Assembly: GCA_021604525.1 (NCBI GenBank)
Contig: BQJD01000003.1
Location: 12,242-76,241 of the forward strand
Direction: 5' to 3'
Length of the DNA: 64,000 nt
DNA from: a marine bacterium B5-7
GTDB taxonomy: Bacteria > Pseudomonadota > Gammaproteobacteria > Arenicellales > CAJQKF01
Every line of letters starts with the position of its first letter. Position 1 is the first letter of the stretch. The notes under the pieces are model-generated. The model saw only the letters and a program-made list of their open reading frames with translations, had not been told where the DNA came from and ran no database searches. Below are positions 11,874 through 21,741 of the stretch, one piece after another. The position numbers and the translations under genes are program-made.

Positions 11874-12348
11874 TCAAAGTCGGTCGGTATGGCTGGTTGC
11901 ATTCAGTTTCCTGGTGGCAGCGTGCCTTGACATATTACCGGTAGGCTGGTTGCGAGGATATTTTCAGCCGGATTGGGTCGCCTTGGTGCTGATCTATTGG
12001 TGCATCCATGACCCTGACCGATACGGCGCCGGCATCGGTTGGTTGAGTGGCTTGTTGATGGACTTGCTCGACTATGGAATTTTAGGAAAATATGCTCTTG
12101 GTAAAACGGTCTTAGGATTTCTCGCTAATAAAATATCTCTTCGCCTGCGGGTTTATCCACTGTGGCAACAATGCCTCGGAGTCGCTGTCCTGATCTTCGT
12201 TGACGTTATTGTTCATGCATTGGTACGGTTTCTGCTGGAGCAGCCGACTTTATCAATTGCTCGTTGGTTGACTCCACTTTCCAGCATGGTGATGTGGCCA
12301 TTGGTGGTGGTAATCTTGACTCCCCGCGCGCGGACGCGGCGATACTGA
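11848..12348 (+). CDS. mreD: rod shape-determining protein MreD
   Basis: hydrophobic 166 aa, PDWVALVLIYW, GLLMDLL..ILG; between mreC and mrdA. Confidence 0.92.
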   Translation: MQSMLLGSSQSRSVWLVAFSFLVAACLDILPVGWLRGYFQPDWVALVLIYWCIHDPDRYGAGIGWLSGLLMDLLDYGILGKYALGKTVLGFLANKISLRLRVYPLWQQCLGVAVLIFVDVIVHALVRFLLEQPTLSIARWLTPLSSMVMWPLVVVILTPRARTRRY

Positions 12349-12369
12349 CAGGACGATACGGAAACTGGC

Positions 12370-14373
12370 GTGGCGAATCACGAAATCAAGGACACCAAGC
12401 GCGAATCACGTGTAATCCAGTCGCGCATTCTCATTGCGTTTATCGGCGTTCTGGCGCTATCGGCTATCCTCATTGCGCGGCTGTATTTTCTGCAAATTAT
12501 CGGCCATACACATTACGAAACGCTCTCCAATAATAACCGTATCGACCTGGTGCCAGTTCCACCGGTTCGAGGTCTTATTTTCGATCGTAATGGTGAAGTT
12601 CTGGCGCAAAATTTCCCTGTCTATACGTTGGAAGTCATTCCGGATCAAGTCGAGGACATGCAGCGTACCCTCGACGAAATCGGTCAACTGGTGGTGCTTA
12701 CCCCACACGATCTTGCTCTTTTTAAAAAATCATTGCGCCAGAGGCCCGGATTTGAACGTAGACATTTGAAAACCGAGTTGAGCCCTGATGAGGCATCCCG
12801 GTTCGCGGTTAACCAGTATCGCTTCAAAGGCGTCAAACTCATTGCCCGGTTACAGCGTTTTTACCCCTATGGCAATCTTACTGCGCATGTGCTTGGTTAT
12901 GTCGCCCGTATCGGACCGCGTGATCTGGCCCGTGTCGATGCCGCTGCCTATAAAGGGACGGACTACATTGGCAAGCTCGGTATCGAGGCGTATTACGAGA
13001 ACGAATTGCATGGCCAGGTCGGTTTCGAGCAGGCTGAAACCAATGCCCATGGCCGGGTGGTACGCCGCCTGAATCGCACCCCGGCAGTTGCCGGTGTAAA
13101 TCTGCATCTGAATCTTGACATCAAACTTCAGGAAGTTGCCACGCGTGTGCTTGACGGCCGGCGTGGGTCAATCGTGGCTATCGAACCGGCGACAGGTGGC
13201 GTATTGGCATTTGTCAGCCAACCATCTTTCGATGCCAATTCGTTTGTTAATGGCATTGATACACGCAGATTCCGGGAGCTTAATGAATCCGAGGATCGTC
13301 CGCTTCTGAATCGTGCACTCCATGGGCGGTACGCTCCTGGATCGACAATTAAGGGCTTCATTGCGCTTGCGGGGCTGCAAGCGGGTATCGATCCAGCACA
13401 AACCATCAGTTGCTATGGTTCATTTTCGTTACCCAACAGCCGTCACCGTTACCGCGATTGGAAAAAGGAAGGACACGGTCATGTTGATCTCAAATCGGCG
13501 ATAATGCAGTCATGTGACGTATATTTTTATCGACTCGCCAGCAAGATCGGCATAAGGCAGATTCACGATACCCTGTTGCCGTTTGGATTGGGTCGAAAAA
13601 CCGGTATCGATCTTAACCAGGAACCCAGTGGCCTGGTGCCTTCTCCTGAATGGAAACGGCGCTCGCGCAATCAACCCTGGTATCCAGGCGAGACGGTGAT
13701 CGCCGGGATTGGTCAGGGCTATATGCTGGTTACACCACTGCAACTTGCAGTGGCAACAGCCACATTGGCGAATCGGGGCCTTTATATTGAACCGCGATTG
13801 CTTCATTCGGTAGAAGATCCGCAAACTCGAATCATAGAGCCCGTTGAAAACGCCGGTTCGTCTTACATCGAGATGAAGGACTCGGCGTACTACGACCGTG
13901 TAATTGCCGGTATGGAAGCGGTTGTGCACGGTCCACGCGGTACCGCTCGCCGAATTGGCGCAAAGTCATCGTACCGATTTGCCGGCAAGACCGGTACCGC
14001 GCAGGTTATCGGTATTGCCCAGAACGAGGAATATGACGAAGAAAATACGGCAGAGCGCTTTCGTGATCATTCATTATTTATTGCCTTTGCTCCAGTAGAA
14101 AAGCCGCGAATTGCAATCGCCGTAGTGGTTGAAAATGGCGGTAGCGGGAGTCGTACAGCCGCGCCCCTGGCCAAGGAAGTTCTCGACTACTATCTGATAG
14201 ATCGCCTGCGACGTGCAGATCTCGACGACGAAGAATCGATTGGTATTGGCAGTACTGATACCACACCCGGGAGCGTGTTACGGGGAGGCGATCAGCAAAT
14301 TCCGTATAACGATTCGCAAAAATCCGGTGATACTCACACAGTGCCCCATTGGGACTTGAAACATGCAGGCTAA
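12370..14373 (+). CDS. mrdA: penicillin-binding protein 2
   Basis: RGLIFDRNG, SxxK (PGSTIK), SCD, KTG (GKTGTAQ), RYRDWK; ~55-aa acidic C-terminal tail. Confidence 0.96.
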   Translation: MANHEIKDTKRESRVIQSRILIAFIGVLALSAILIARLYFLQIIGHTHYETLSNNNRIDLVPVPPVRGLIFDRNGEVLAQNFPVYTLEVIPDQVEDMQRTLDEIGQLVVLTPHDLALFKKSLRQRPGFERRHLKTELSPDEASRFAVNQYRFKGVKLIARLQRFYPYGNLTAHVLGYVARIGPRDLARVDAAAYKGTDYIGKLGIEAYYENELHGQVGFEQAETNAHGRVVRRLNRTPAVAGVNLHLNLDIKLQEVATRVLDGRRGSIVAIEPATGGVLAFVSQPSFDANSFVNGIDTRRFRELNESEDRPLLNRALHGRYAPGSTIKGFIALAGLQAGIDPAQTISCYGSFSLPNSRHRYRDWKKEGHGHVDLKSAIMQSCDVYFYRLASKIGIRQIHDTLLPFGLGRKTGIDLNQEPSGLVPSPEWKRRSRNQPWYPGETVIAGIGQGYMLVTPLQLAVATATLANRGLYIEPRLLHSVEDPQTRIIEPVENAGSSYIEMKDSAYYDRVIAGMEAVVHGPRGTARRIGAKSSYRFAGKTGTAQVIGIAQNEEYDEENTAERFRDHSLFIAFAPVEKPRIAIAVVVENGGSGSRTAAPLAKEVLDYYLIDRLRRADLDDEESIGIGSTDTTPGSVLRGGDQQIPYNDSQKSGDTHTVPHWDLKHAG

Positions 14374-15442
14374 ACGACGAAGCGCCATCGATCCCTCGTT
14401 ACTGATGGCGCTACTACTACTGTCATCGCTCTCTTTAGTGGTGCTATATAGCGCTGGCGGTGAGAGCTACGACCTCATCTGGAGACAGTTTGTACGTCTG
14501 TTCGTCGCACTATTGGCACTGATAATCTTCTCCATGATTTCCCCGGATTCACTGCGCCGCTGGTCGCCGCATCTTTTTATAATCGGAACGCTTCTTCTGA
14601 CACTGGTGCTTGTCATCGGATATATAGGCAAGGGTGCGCAGCGCTGGCTTGATCTTGGCGTAGTTCGGTTTCAGCCTGCCGAGATAATGAAGCTTGCAGT
14701 ACCGATGATGATTGCATGGATCTTATCGAGACGATCATTGCCACCAGGTATCTTGTCTATAGTTCTGGCAAGTATTTGCGTTGTTTTGCCAGCAGTTCTT
14801 GTGATCTTGCAACCCGATCTTGGTACCGCGATTCTTATTGCAGTATCGGGATTGCTGGTAATTTTTCTTGCCGGTTTGCGCTGGCAGTATATTGTCGCGA
14901 CCATTGGCCTGGTTATGGCAGCGGCTCCGTTGATGTGGTTTAACCTGCATGCCTACCAACAGCGGCGGATCCTGACTCTCTTCGATCCTTATTCCGATCC
15001 TCTCGGTGCGGGGTATCACACCATTCAGTCCACCATTGCGGTCGGTTCAGGCGGGCTTCATGGCAAAGGCTGGATCGGTGGCACCCAATCACAGCTTGAG
15101 TTTATTCCCGAGCGAAGTACAGATTTTATTTTTGCAGTATTTGCCGAGGAATTCGGGCTGATCGGATCACTGCTGATTCTGTCGATATATTTGTTTATCG
15201 TAGGGCGCACGTTGGTTATCGCATTTAACGCCCGAGATGCTTATTCGAGATTATTGACTGCGAGTCTGTCATTGACATTTTTCTTTTATGTATTTGTTAA
15301 CATCGGTATGGTAACCGGTATATTGCCTGTTGTTGGGGTACCGCTACCGTTGATCAGTTACGGCGGAACATCGATGGTGACCCTGATGGCCGGTTTCGGT
15401 ATCGTCATGAGCGTTAACTCGCGTAAACACTTCATGGCTTGA
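14363..15442 (+). CDS. rodA: rod shape-determining SEDS protein RodA
   Basis: GAQRWL, FQPAEIMK, QPDLGT, GYHTIQS.IAVGSGG, PERSTDFIF, ISYGGTS. Confidence 0.96.
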   Translation: MQAKRRSAIDPSLLMALLLLSSLSLVVLYSAGGESYDLIWRQFVRLFVALLALIIFSMISPDSLRRWSPHLFIIGTLLLTLVLVIGYIGKGAQRWLDLGVVRFQPAEIMKLAVPMMIAWILSRRSLPPGILSIVLASICVVLPAVLVILQPDLGTAILIAVSGLLVIFLAGLRWQYIVATIGLVMAAAPLMWFNLHAYQQRRILTLFDPYSDPLGAGYHTIQSTIAVGSGGLHGKGWIGGTQSQLEFIPERSTDFIFAVFAEEFGLIGSLLILSIYLFIVGRTLVIAFNARDAYSRLLTASLSLTFFFYVFVNIGMVTGILPVVGVPLPLISYGGTSMVTLMAGFGIVMSVNSRKHFMA

Positions 15443-15486
15443 GTGCTATCAGATAGTAATATTTTACGGAGACGATTTATTGGCCA

Positions 15487-16551
15487 ATGAATCGTAATGG
15501 TTGGCAAAATGGAAAAAGACTGGATGCACCGATGAAGATTATTCGATCTGGACAAGACACGATTCGACTTATGATTCTGCAACTGGTAGCTGTAGCTGCC
15601 GGATTGTTGTCATTCTTGCCCCTAACGAGTCATGCGCTTGAACTTGATCAACATCCCGAACTAGTGAAAATTATTGACGACCTTGTTGCAAACGAGGGGC
15701 TTGATCGAAAGACATTGGAACGCTGGCTGGCAGGCGCAGAGTACAAGGAATCGATTATCGAAGCCATTACCCGTCCTGCGGAAGGGCTGCCGTGGAGTCG
15801 GTATCGCGCCTTATTCGTCAATGATGCGGCGATTAGCAACGGAGTCAAGTTTATGAACGATCATCGTGAAACGCTTGAACGGGCGCATCGCGAGTTCGGT
15901 GTTGAACCGCTTATCATAGCTGCCATCATTGGTATTGAAACCCGATACGGAACGGTCAAGGGTAACTACCGCGTGATTGACAGTTTGTCGACCTTAACCG
16001 TCGGCTATCCGCGTCGCAGTCAGTTCTTCGGTAAGGAATTGCGTGAATATCTGGTGCTTGTAACACGCAATAAACTGGATCCATTGGAAACTAAAGGCTC
16101 TTATGCAGGCGCCATAGGCATACCGCAGTTTATGCCAAGCAGTTATCTTGGCTATGCAGTTGATTTCAACAACGATGGCGTTAGCAATCTGGTTAATGAT
16201 TTCGAGGATGCGATTGGAAGTGTCGCTAACTATTTAAAAATCCATCGATGGCGCGTTGGTGAACCCATCGTCACCGAACTAGGCCGGGGTCAATCGGATA
16301 AATTACTCGATGCGATTGTCACCACCGGTCTGAAAACCGATGTTGACATAACCAAACTCAAAGTGCGCGGCCTTGAGGTGTCTCCCGAACAGGCGCAGTG
16401 GAAAGTCGGCGTGATCCGCCTTGAAGATGCAGATGGGTTTGACTACCGTGTGGGTTACCATAACTTCTTTGTTATCACGACCTATAACCGCAGCCAGAAT
16501 TATGCCATGGCAGCATTTGATCTCGCGCGTGCCATTGGCGCAAATATGTAG
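15487..16551 (+). CDS. mltB: lytic murein transglycosylase B (true start probably downstream)
   Basis: IIGIETRYG, GSYAGAIGIPQFMPSSY, ITTYNRSQNYAM. Confidence 0.93.
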   Translation: MNRNGWQNGKRLDAPMKIIRSGQDTIRLMILQLVAVAAGLLSFLPLTSHALELDQHPELVKIIDDLVANEGLDRKTLERWLAGAEYKESIIEAITRPAEGLPWSRYRALFVNDAAISNGVKFMNDHRETLERAHREFGVEPLIIAAIIGIETRYGTVKGNYRVIDSLSTLTVGYPRRSQFFGKELREYLVLVTRNKLDPLETKGSYAGAIGIPQFMPSSYLGYAVDFNNDGVSNLVNDFEDAIGSVANYLKIHRWRVGEPIVTELGRGQSDKLLDAIVTTGLKTDVDITKLKVRGLEVSPEQAQWKVGVIRLEDADGFDYRVGYHNFFVITTYNRSQNYAMAAFDLARAIGANM

Positions 16552-17552
16552 TGATGTTATTTATTGCAACAACGAATATCCGGTATGTTATGACATCCAT
16601 CTGGCGCTTGGTCTTTATAGCTTGTTTAACGATTCTCATTGCTGCTTGCAGTAGCACCGGCACGGATGGCAAGTACTACCAGGATGATGGCCCTCCAAAG
16701 GCTGGTAAAGGCCCGAAACCGGAAGCAGTAGCAGATGCTGTTCCTCGTGATGAGCCGCTGAGTCGAAGCGGGAATAGCCCATATCAGGCGCTTGGTCAGA
16801 ACTTCGTGCCAATGAAAAGCGCACGCGGTTTTCATGAGGAAGGTTATGCATCCTGGTACGGGCGTAAATACCATGGGCGACGTACCTCCAGCGGTGAAAT
16901 CTATGACATGTATGCAATGACTGCTGCTCATCCAACACTGCCGTTACCGAGCTATGTGCGGGTACGCAATCTCGATAATGGTCGTGTGGTTGTGGTGAAG
17001 GTGAATGACCGTGGTCCGTTTCTGAATAACCGTGTCATTGATCTTTCGTATATGGCGGCACTTAAGCTTGGTATTGTCGGCAGTGGCACGGGGCGTGTGG
17101 AAGTGGTGACGGTTTTTGCCGGCGATACGCCCAGCGTAAACCAGATGGCGAATCGCAGTGCCTCGCAAGATACATCAGTCAATGTGCAAACCAGTGGCAC
17201 AACAACGCCAGGCGCCCCGATTATTGCTACCACGATCATTCCCGTTGCCCAGGCTGCAGTGCCGAATACGTCAAGTCTTGTGAGTCAGGACATATCTTCT
17301 CCGGTCACTCAGCGATATGTTCTGCAAGCGGGTAGTTTTGCCAGTCGCGATAATGCTGAACGATTATTGAGTCGTCTGCGTCAGGGTGGTTATAACAATA
17401 TACGGGTAACGCGGGTCAATGTGTCGGGTCGTGAATACCATCGTGTGCAAATTGGTCCCTATACCGACCGCCAGTCTGCCGACCTGATTGCTGCAACCAT
17501 TGAAGAGTTTCTCGGCTCTCCGGTTTCAGTCCTCTCACAAAGTTCCGGATAG
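16551..17552 (+). CDS. rlpA: septal ring lytic transglycosylase RlpA lipoprotein (likely start 16590)
   Basis: lipobox LIAAC, ASWYG, MTAAHPTLP, VNDRGP, C-terminal SPOR domain (LQAGSF...HRVQIGP). Confidence 0.93.
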   Translation: MMLFIATTNIRYVMTSIWRLVFIACLTILIAACSSTGTDGKYYQDDGPPKAGKGPKPEAVADAVPRDEPLSRSGNSPYQALGQNFVPMKSARGFHEEGYASWYGRKYHGRRTSSGEIYDMYAMTAAHPTLPLPSYVRVRNLDNGRVVVVKVNDRGPFLNNRVIDLSYMAALKLGIVGSGTGRVEVVTVFAGDTPSVNQMANRSASQDTSVNVQTSGTTTPGAPIIATTIIPVAQAAVPNTSSLVSQDISSPVTQRYVLQAGSFASRDNAERLLSRLRQGGYNNIRVTRVNVSGREYHRVQIGPYTDRQSADLIAATIEEFLGSPVSVLSQSSG

Positions 17553-17557
17553 CTCTC

Positions 17558-18715
17558 TTGATAATGCGTTATATCCTTATCACCCTGTCTTTTGTATTGG
17601 CACCGCTTGTTGTGTTTGCCGATGTTTATGTGCCTGAGAATTTTAGATCGGCAATTCCTCCGCCCAACCTCGAGGCAACATCATGGGTTTTGCAAGACCA
17701 AAAGAGTGGGTGGATTATTGCTGCGAAAGAACCGGAATTGCAGGTGGAACCTGCCAGTATCAGCAAATTGATGACGGCCTATATCGTTTTTGAGGCGCTT
17801 TCCAAAGGTACGATCAGTAAAGACGATAAAGTCCTCATTAGTGAACGCGCGTGGAAAATGGAAGGCTCGCGTATGTTTGTCAAGGTCAATTCCAAAGTTA
17901 CCGTGGAGGACTTGTTAAAAGGGCTGATCGTACAATCCGGCAATGATGCATCAGTTGCGCTTGCCGAATATGTTGCTGGGTCGGAAGATGGGTTTGTTGA
18001 ATTAATGAATCAGACTGCACAACGTCTTGGTCTGCGTGGCACACACTACGTGAATACCACCGGCCTGCCGCATGCAGATCATTACAGCACGGCACGTGAT
18101 ATCAGTGAACTGACCCGGGCGCTCATAAGGGATTTTCCTGAGGATTATTCACTGTATTCAATCAAGGAATACACATACAACAATATTACCCAGCAGAATC
18201 GCAACGTACTGTTGTTGCGTGATGAAGCTGTCGATGGTGTCAAGACGGGGCATACTTCAACAGCCGGCTACTGTCTGGTCGGTTCGGCCGAGAAAGAGGG
18301 CATGCGTTTGATTGCGACCGTCATGGGAACAGCGAGCAAGAAATATCGTGCGGATGCAGTCTACTCTTTACTACAGTATGGTTTCGCGGCCTATGAAGGT
18401 TTCCTGGTGCACGATACAGATAAACCGGTCGCTTCGCCGACGGTATACAAAGGCGATGTGTCAGAGATAGATGCCATGATCGATGAGCCACTGTATGTCA
18501 CGGTTGCCAAGGGGAGCGCGGAATCTGTCAAGGCGCGAGTATCGATAAATAACCCCTTGATAGCGCCCATTGCTAAAGGTGACAGGATAGGCGCTCTGTC
18601 AGTGTCAATAAAAGGTGAATCAGTCGGTGATTACCCCTTGGTGAGTGACCGTGCCGTTGAGTCGGGTTCATGGATCGGAAATATCTATGATTCCGTGTTG
18701 CTTCTTTTCCAATAA
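17558..18715 (+). CDS. dacA: D-alanyl-D-alanine carboxypeptidase (PBP5/6)
   Basis: PASISK, SGN, GVKTGHT. Confidence 0.92.
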   Translation: MIMRYILITLSFVLAPLVVFADVYVPENFRSAIPPPNLEATSWVLQDQKSGWIIAAKEPELQVEPASISKLMTAYIVFEALSKGTISKDDKVLISERAWKMEGSRMFVKVNSKVTVEDLLKGLIVQSGNDASVALAEYVAGSEDGFVELMNQTAQRLGLRGTHYVNTTGLPHADHYSTARDISELTRALIRDFPEDYSLYSIKEYTYNNITQQNRNVLLLRDEAVDGVKTGHTSTAGYCLVGSAEKEGMRLIATVMGTASKKYRADAVYSLLQYGFAAYEGFLVHDTDKPVASPTVYKGDVSEIDAMIDEPLYVTVAKGSAESVKARVSINNPLIAPIAKGDRIGALSVSIKGESVGDYPLVSDRAVESGSWIGNIYDSVLLLFQ

Positions 18716-18754
18716 TCTACTATTTCTGTTTAACGTCGAAAAGATAAGTCATCG

Positions 18755-19036
18755 ATGAAAGTTATCGACAGTAAAGATACCGATACGCTGATGACTTTTC
18801 CGTGTCAGTTCGAAGTAAAGGCCATGGGTCATAACGACAGTGAACTCGAGCAGATTGTTGTTGGAATCGTTCGTAGACATCTGCCTGTTGATGCACCCTA
18901 TAGCGTGCGATCCCATTTGAGCCGTACAGCAAGATACAAGTCGCTGACTATCAGCTTTACCGCCACCGATCGTGCCCAGCTTGACGCCATGTATCAGGAT
19001 CTGACAGATGAGCCGATCGTGCTTGTCGCCTTATAA
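18755..19036 (+). CDS. ybeD: YbeD / DUF493 protein
   Basis: FPCQFEVKAMG ... YKSLTI ... LYQ-type C-terminus; between dac and lipB. Confidence 0.88.
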   Translation: MKVIDSKDTDTLMTFPCQFEVKAMGHNDSELEQIVVGIVRRHLPVDAPYSVRSHLSRTARYKSLTISFTATDRAQLDAMYQDLTDEPIVLVAL

Positions 19037-19041
19037 CCTGC

Positions 19042-19746
19042 ATGGGCGCAAACATTGAGACGTCGGGGCTTAGAGTAAAACATCTGGGTCGGATCGATTA
19101 CTCTGAAGCGCTTCAGAGAATGCTTGAATTCAATGCTCATCGAACAGCAGATTGCGCTGACGAGATATGGTTGCTGGAACATTTTCCGGTTTTCACTCGT
19201 GGTGTTAGCTGCACACTCGATCCACACTCCAATCCGACTCAAATTCCGGTTATAGATTCCGACCGCGGTGGGCAAATTACTTACCACGGCCCCGGCCAGC
19301 TCATTGCCTACCTGTTGTTCGATCTCAAGCGACATCGGCGTGGTGTAAGGCGACTGGTGCATGATATCGAAGAATCGATCATTGTCACTTTGGAAGACTT
19401 TGGTATCGAAGCAAAGAGACGCACTGGCGCGCCCGGTGTTTATGTTGACGGACGTAAAATTGCGTCACTTGGACTGCGTGTGCGTTCAGGTTATACCTAC
19501 CATGGTTTAAGCTTGAATATCGATATGGATCTTAAACCTTTCACGTTAATCGATCCCTGCGGTATAGAAGACCTGGAAGTTGTGAACGTTGTCGATTGTC
19601 TTGCGACGTCTGAAAAATTACCGGTGGGTTCGACATCCAGAGGATCAATGGAGAAGGGCATGCGCGATGCGCTGATCGATACATTGGTGCGCGAGTTATC
19701 GACACGAGCTGCAAAACCATTGTCCAGCGCTGATCACTATGAGTGA
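19042..19746 (+). CDS. lipB: octanoyltransferase LipB
   Basis: LLEHFPVFT, DRGGQITYHGPGQL, KIASLG, YHGLSLN, PCG. Confidence 0.95.
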   Translation: MGANIETSGLRVKHLGRIDYSEALQRMLEFNAHRTADCADEIWLLEHFPVFTRGVSCTLDPHSNPTQIPVIDSDRGGQITYHGPGQLIAYLLFDLKRHRRGVRRLVHDIEESIIVTLEDFGIEAKRRTGAPGVYVDGRKIASLGLRVRSGYTYHGLSLNIDMDLKPFTLIDPCGIEDLEVVNVVDCLATSEKLPVGSTSRGSMEKGMRDALIDTLVRELSTRAAKPLSSADHYE

Positions 19747-19788
19747 CTGGTCTGAAAAACATACCTCGTATATGACAGACAAACGGTT

Positions 19789-20604
19789 ATGACAAATACA
19801 CCAGGGCCTTACTCGCCATCTGCTTCAACACTACCGTGTATAACGAGTCGCCTGCTTGAGTCAGGTCGGGTTGCGCATGGTTTTTTTACACGTGAGGGCG
19901 GAAAATCAGACGGATTGTATGCATCGCTTAATGCATCATACGGATCTAATGATGATGCCACTTTGGTGTCTGACAATCGGACTCGTGTAGCTACCAGATT
20001 CAAGATCGATGCAACGCAGCTATATACATTGAAACAGGTACATGGAACCGATGTCGTTCATGCTGACCTTAAGACACCTGCAAGAACGACTCCAGGAGAT
20101 GCACTGGTCTGTGCAACTCCCGGTATATTGATTGGAATACTGGCGGCCGACTGTGTTCCACTTTTGCTGGTAGATCAAGACGCGGGGGTCGTTGGCGCAG
20201 CACATGCGGGGTGGCGCGGCGCGGCGACGGGGGTAGTGGAAGCGGTGGTTACCGCAATGGAGGAACGAGGTGCTATTCGCTCGAGAATTCGTGCCGCGAT
20301 CGGGCCGGCTATCTCATCGTCCTCGTACGAAGTTGGCGAGGACCTGATTACCGAGGTCAATAAACTGGTTTCTTTCGATTGCAGCTTTCTGATAAATCGA
20401 CAGGATAGTAAAACATGGTTTGATTTGCCCGGACTGGTGCGCTCGCAGTGTCTTCAATCAGACATTACCCTCATCGATCAACTGGCACATGATACCTATG
20501 CCGATGAAGAGAGGTTTTTCAGCTATCGACGGGCCGTTCATCGCGCAGAACCTGACTATGGGCGACAATTGTCTGTCATAGGATTGCGATTGCCATCCAT
20601 TTGA
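19789..20604 (+). CDS. pgeF: PgeF/YfiH multi-copper-oxidoreductase-like (purine nucleoside phosphorylase) protein
   Basis: HGFFTR, QVHG, AADCVP, HAGWRG, FFSYRR. Confidence 0.92.
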   Translation: MTNTPGPYSPSASTLPCITSRLLESGRVAHGFFTREGGKSDGLYASLNASYGSNDDATLVSDNRTRVATRFKIDATQLYTLKQVHGTDVVHADLKTPARTTPGDALVCATPGILIGILAADCVPLLLVDQDAGVVGAAHAGWRGAATGVVEAVVTAMEERGAIRSRIRAAIGPAISSSSYEVGEDLITEVNKLVSFDCSFLINRQDSKTWFDLPGLVRSQCLQSDITLIDQLAHDTYADEERFFSYRRAVHRAEPDYGRQLSVIGLRLPSI

Positions 20605-20608
20605 GCGA

Positions 20609-20656
20609 GCATTTAACACCGAATTGGCGGGTTGCAGCCAGTTTGAGACAAGTTCT
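20609..20656. repeat. REP-like palindromic element, degenerate copy 1
   Basis: GGCGGGTTGCAGCC-AGTTTGA-GACAAGTTC is colinear with the reverse complement of 46998-47044. Confidence 0.55.
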
Positions 20657-20677
20657 GACACGAAGCTGTTTCAGACC

Positions 20678-21559
20678 TCATGGATTACCCGCACGGGTCA
20701 GTAATTCACGCAGAACATTCAGATATCGCGCCTTCGGGTTTTTAGATGGAGCGACCAACCCAACGACACGATAGGTTGGTAGCCGACCGAAGGGAAAGGT
20801 ACGCACGCTTGAAGGAAAAGGTTTTGCGATATTTCTTCTGGGAACCACAGCCACGCCAAGTCCCTTTGAGACCATGCGTGATATGGCTTCCAGTGAATTC
20901 ATTTCCATGCTCGATTTAACCCGGATGCCTTCGGCAAGAATCTGATTTTCAATCAGTCTCCCGGCATATGCATCGCGGTGAAATCGAATAAACGGATGAT
21001 GACCCAGTATCTCGCGGTAACCCGTTTCACGAACCTCGCGGTGAGCGATGACGACGAGTGGTTCGTTAAAACATGGCATCCAGTTGAGTCCGCGATCGAT
21101 GGAATCCGGCATCGATACAATTGCTGCATCCAGTTCACTGTCGCGAACCCGACGGGTTAATTCGACAGATAAATCGCTGAATAACTCTACCTGAAGTTCC
21201 GGAAGGGCTTGTGCCAGTTTCGAGAGGACATCGGGGAGGACACCGGATGTAACCGTCGCAACCGAGCCCAATTTGAATTGTGTCTCTTGAGAAGCACTGA
21301 TCGCTTGAGAATTCGTACTTTCTCGAATCTCGTCACACAGTGCCAATACTTCCCGGGATTTTTCCACAACCGATCGACCGGTAGCGTTCAATACTTGGGG
21401 GCGACAGCTTCTATCGAATAACGGCACGCCGAATTCGCGTTCCAGTTGACGGATCTGAAGACTGACGGCTGACTGGGTTAATCCGATTTTCTGACCGGCT
21501 GCGGCGAATGTGCCGCTATCAGCTATGGATACCAGCGTTCGAAGATTTCTAAGCTCCAT
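20678..21559 (-). CDS. LysR-family transcriptional regulator
   Basis: MELRNLRTLVSIADSGTFAAAG..LTQSAVSLQIRQLE..G.PLFDR HTH; divergent from the CoA-transferase gene. Confidence 0.95.
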   Translation of the reverse strand: MELRNLRTLVSIADSGTFAAAGQKIGLTQSAVSLQIRQLEREFGVPLFDRSCRPQVLNATGRSVVEKSREVLALCDEIRESTNSQAISASQETQFKLGSVATVTSGVLPDVLSKLAQALPELQVELFSDLSVELTRRVRDSELDAAIVSMPDSIDRGLNWMPCFNEPLVVIAHREVRETGYREILGHHPFIRFHRDAYAGRLIENQILAEGIRVKSSMEMNSLEAISRMVSKGLGVAVVPRRNIAKPFPSSVRTFPFGRLPTYRVVGLVAPSKNPKARYLNVLRELLTRAGNP

Positions 21560-21606
21560 TTTTTAAAGGCCGACCAAAGTTTTGAATCAGGCTTAGTAGT
21601 ATAAGA

Positions 21607-21621
21607 ATTAATCGTTCTAAT
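21607..21621. promoter_or_regulatory. candidate LysR recognition site
   Basis: ATTA-N7-TAAT (T-N11-A dyad) in the AT-rich divergent spacer, ~50 bp upstream of lysR. Confidence 0.45.
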
Positions 21622-21741
21622 TGTTAAAAATATTCGTTTGATTAATGTTAACGGAGTTCCTAGACTGTTCTCATTCACACATTCGTGACAGATTTGCGCT
21701 TTGTGTTGCATTAATTCTCATCTCAACCAGTCACCGAAAAC

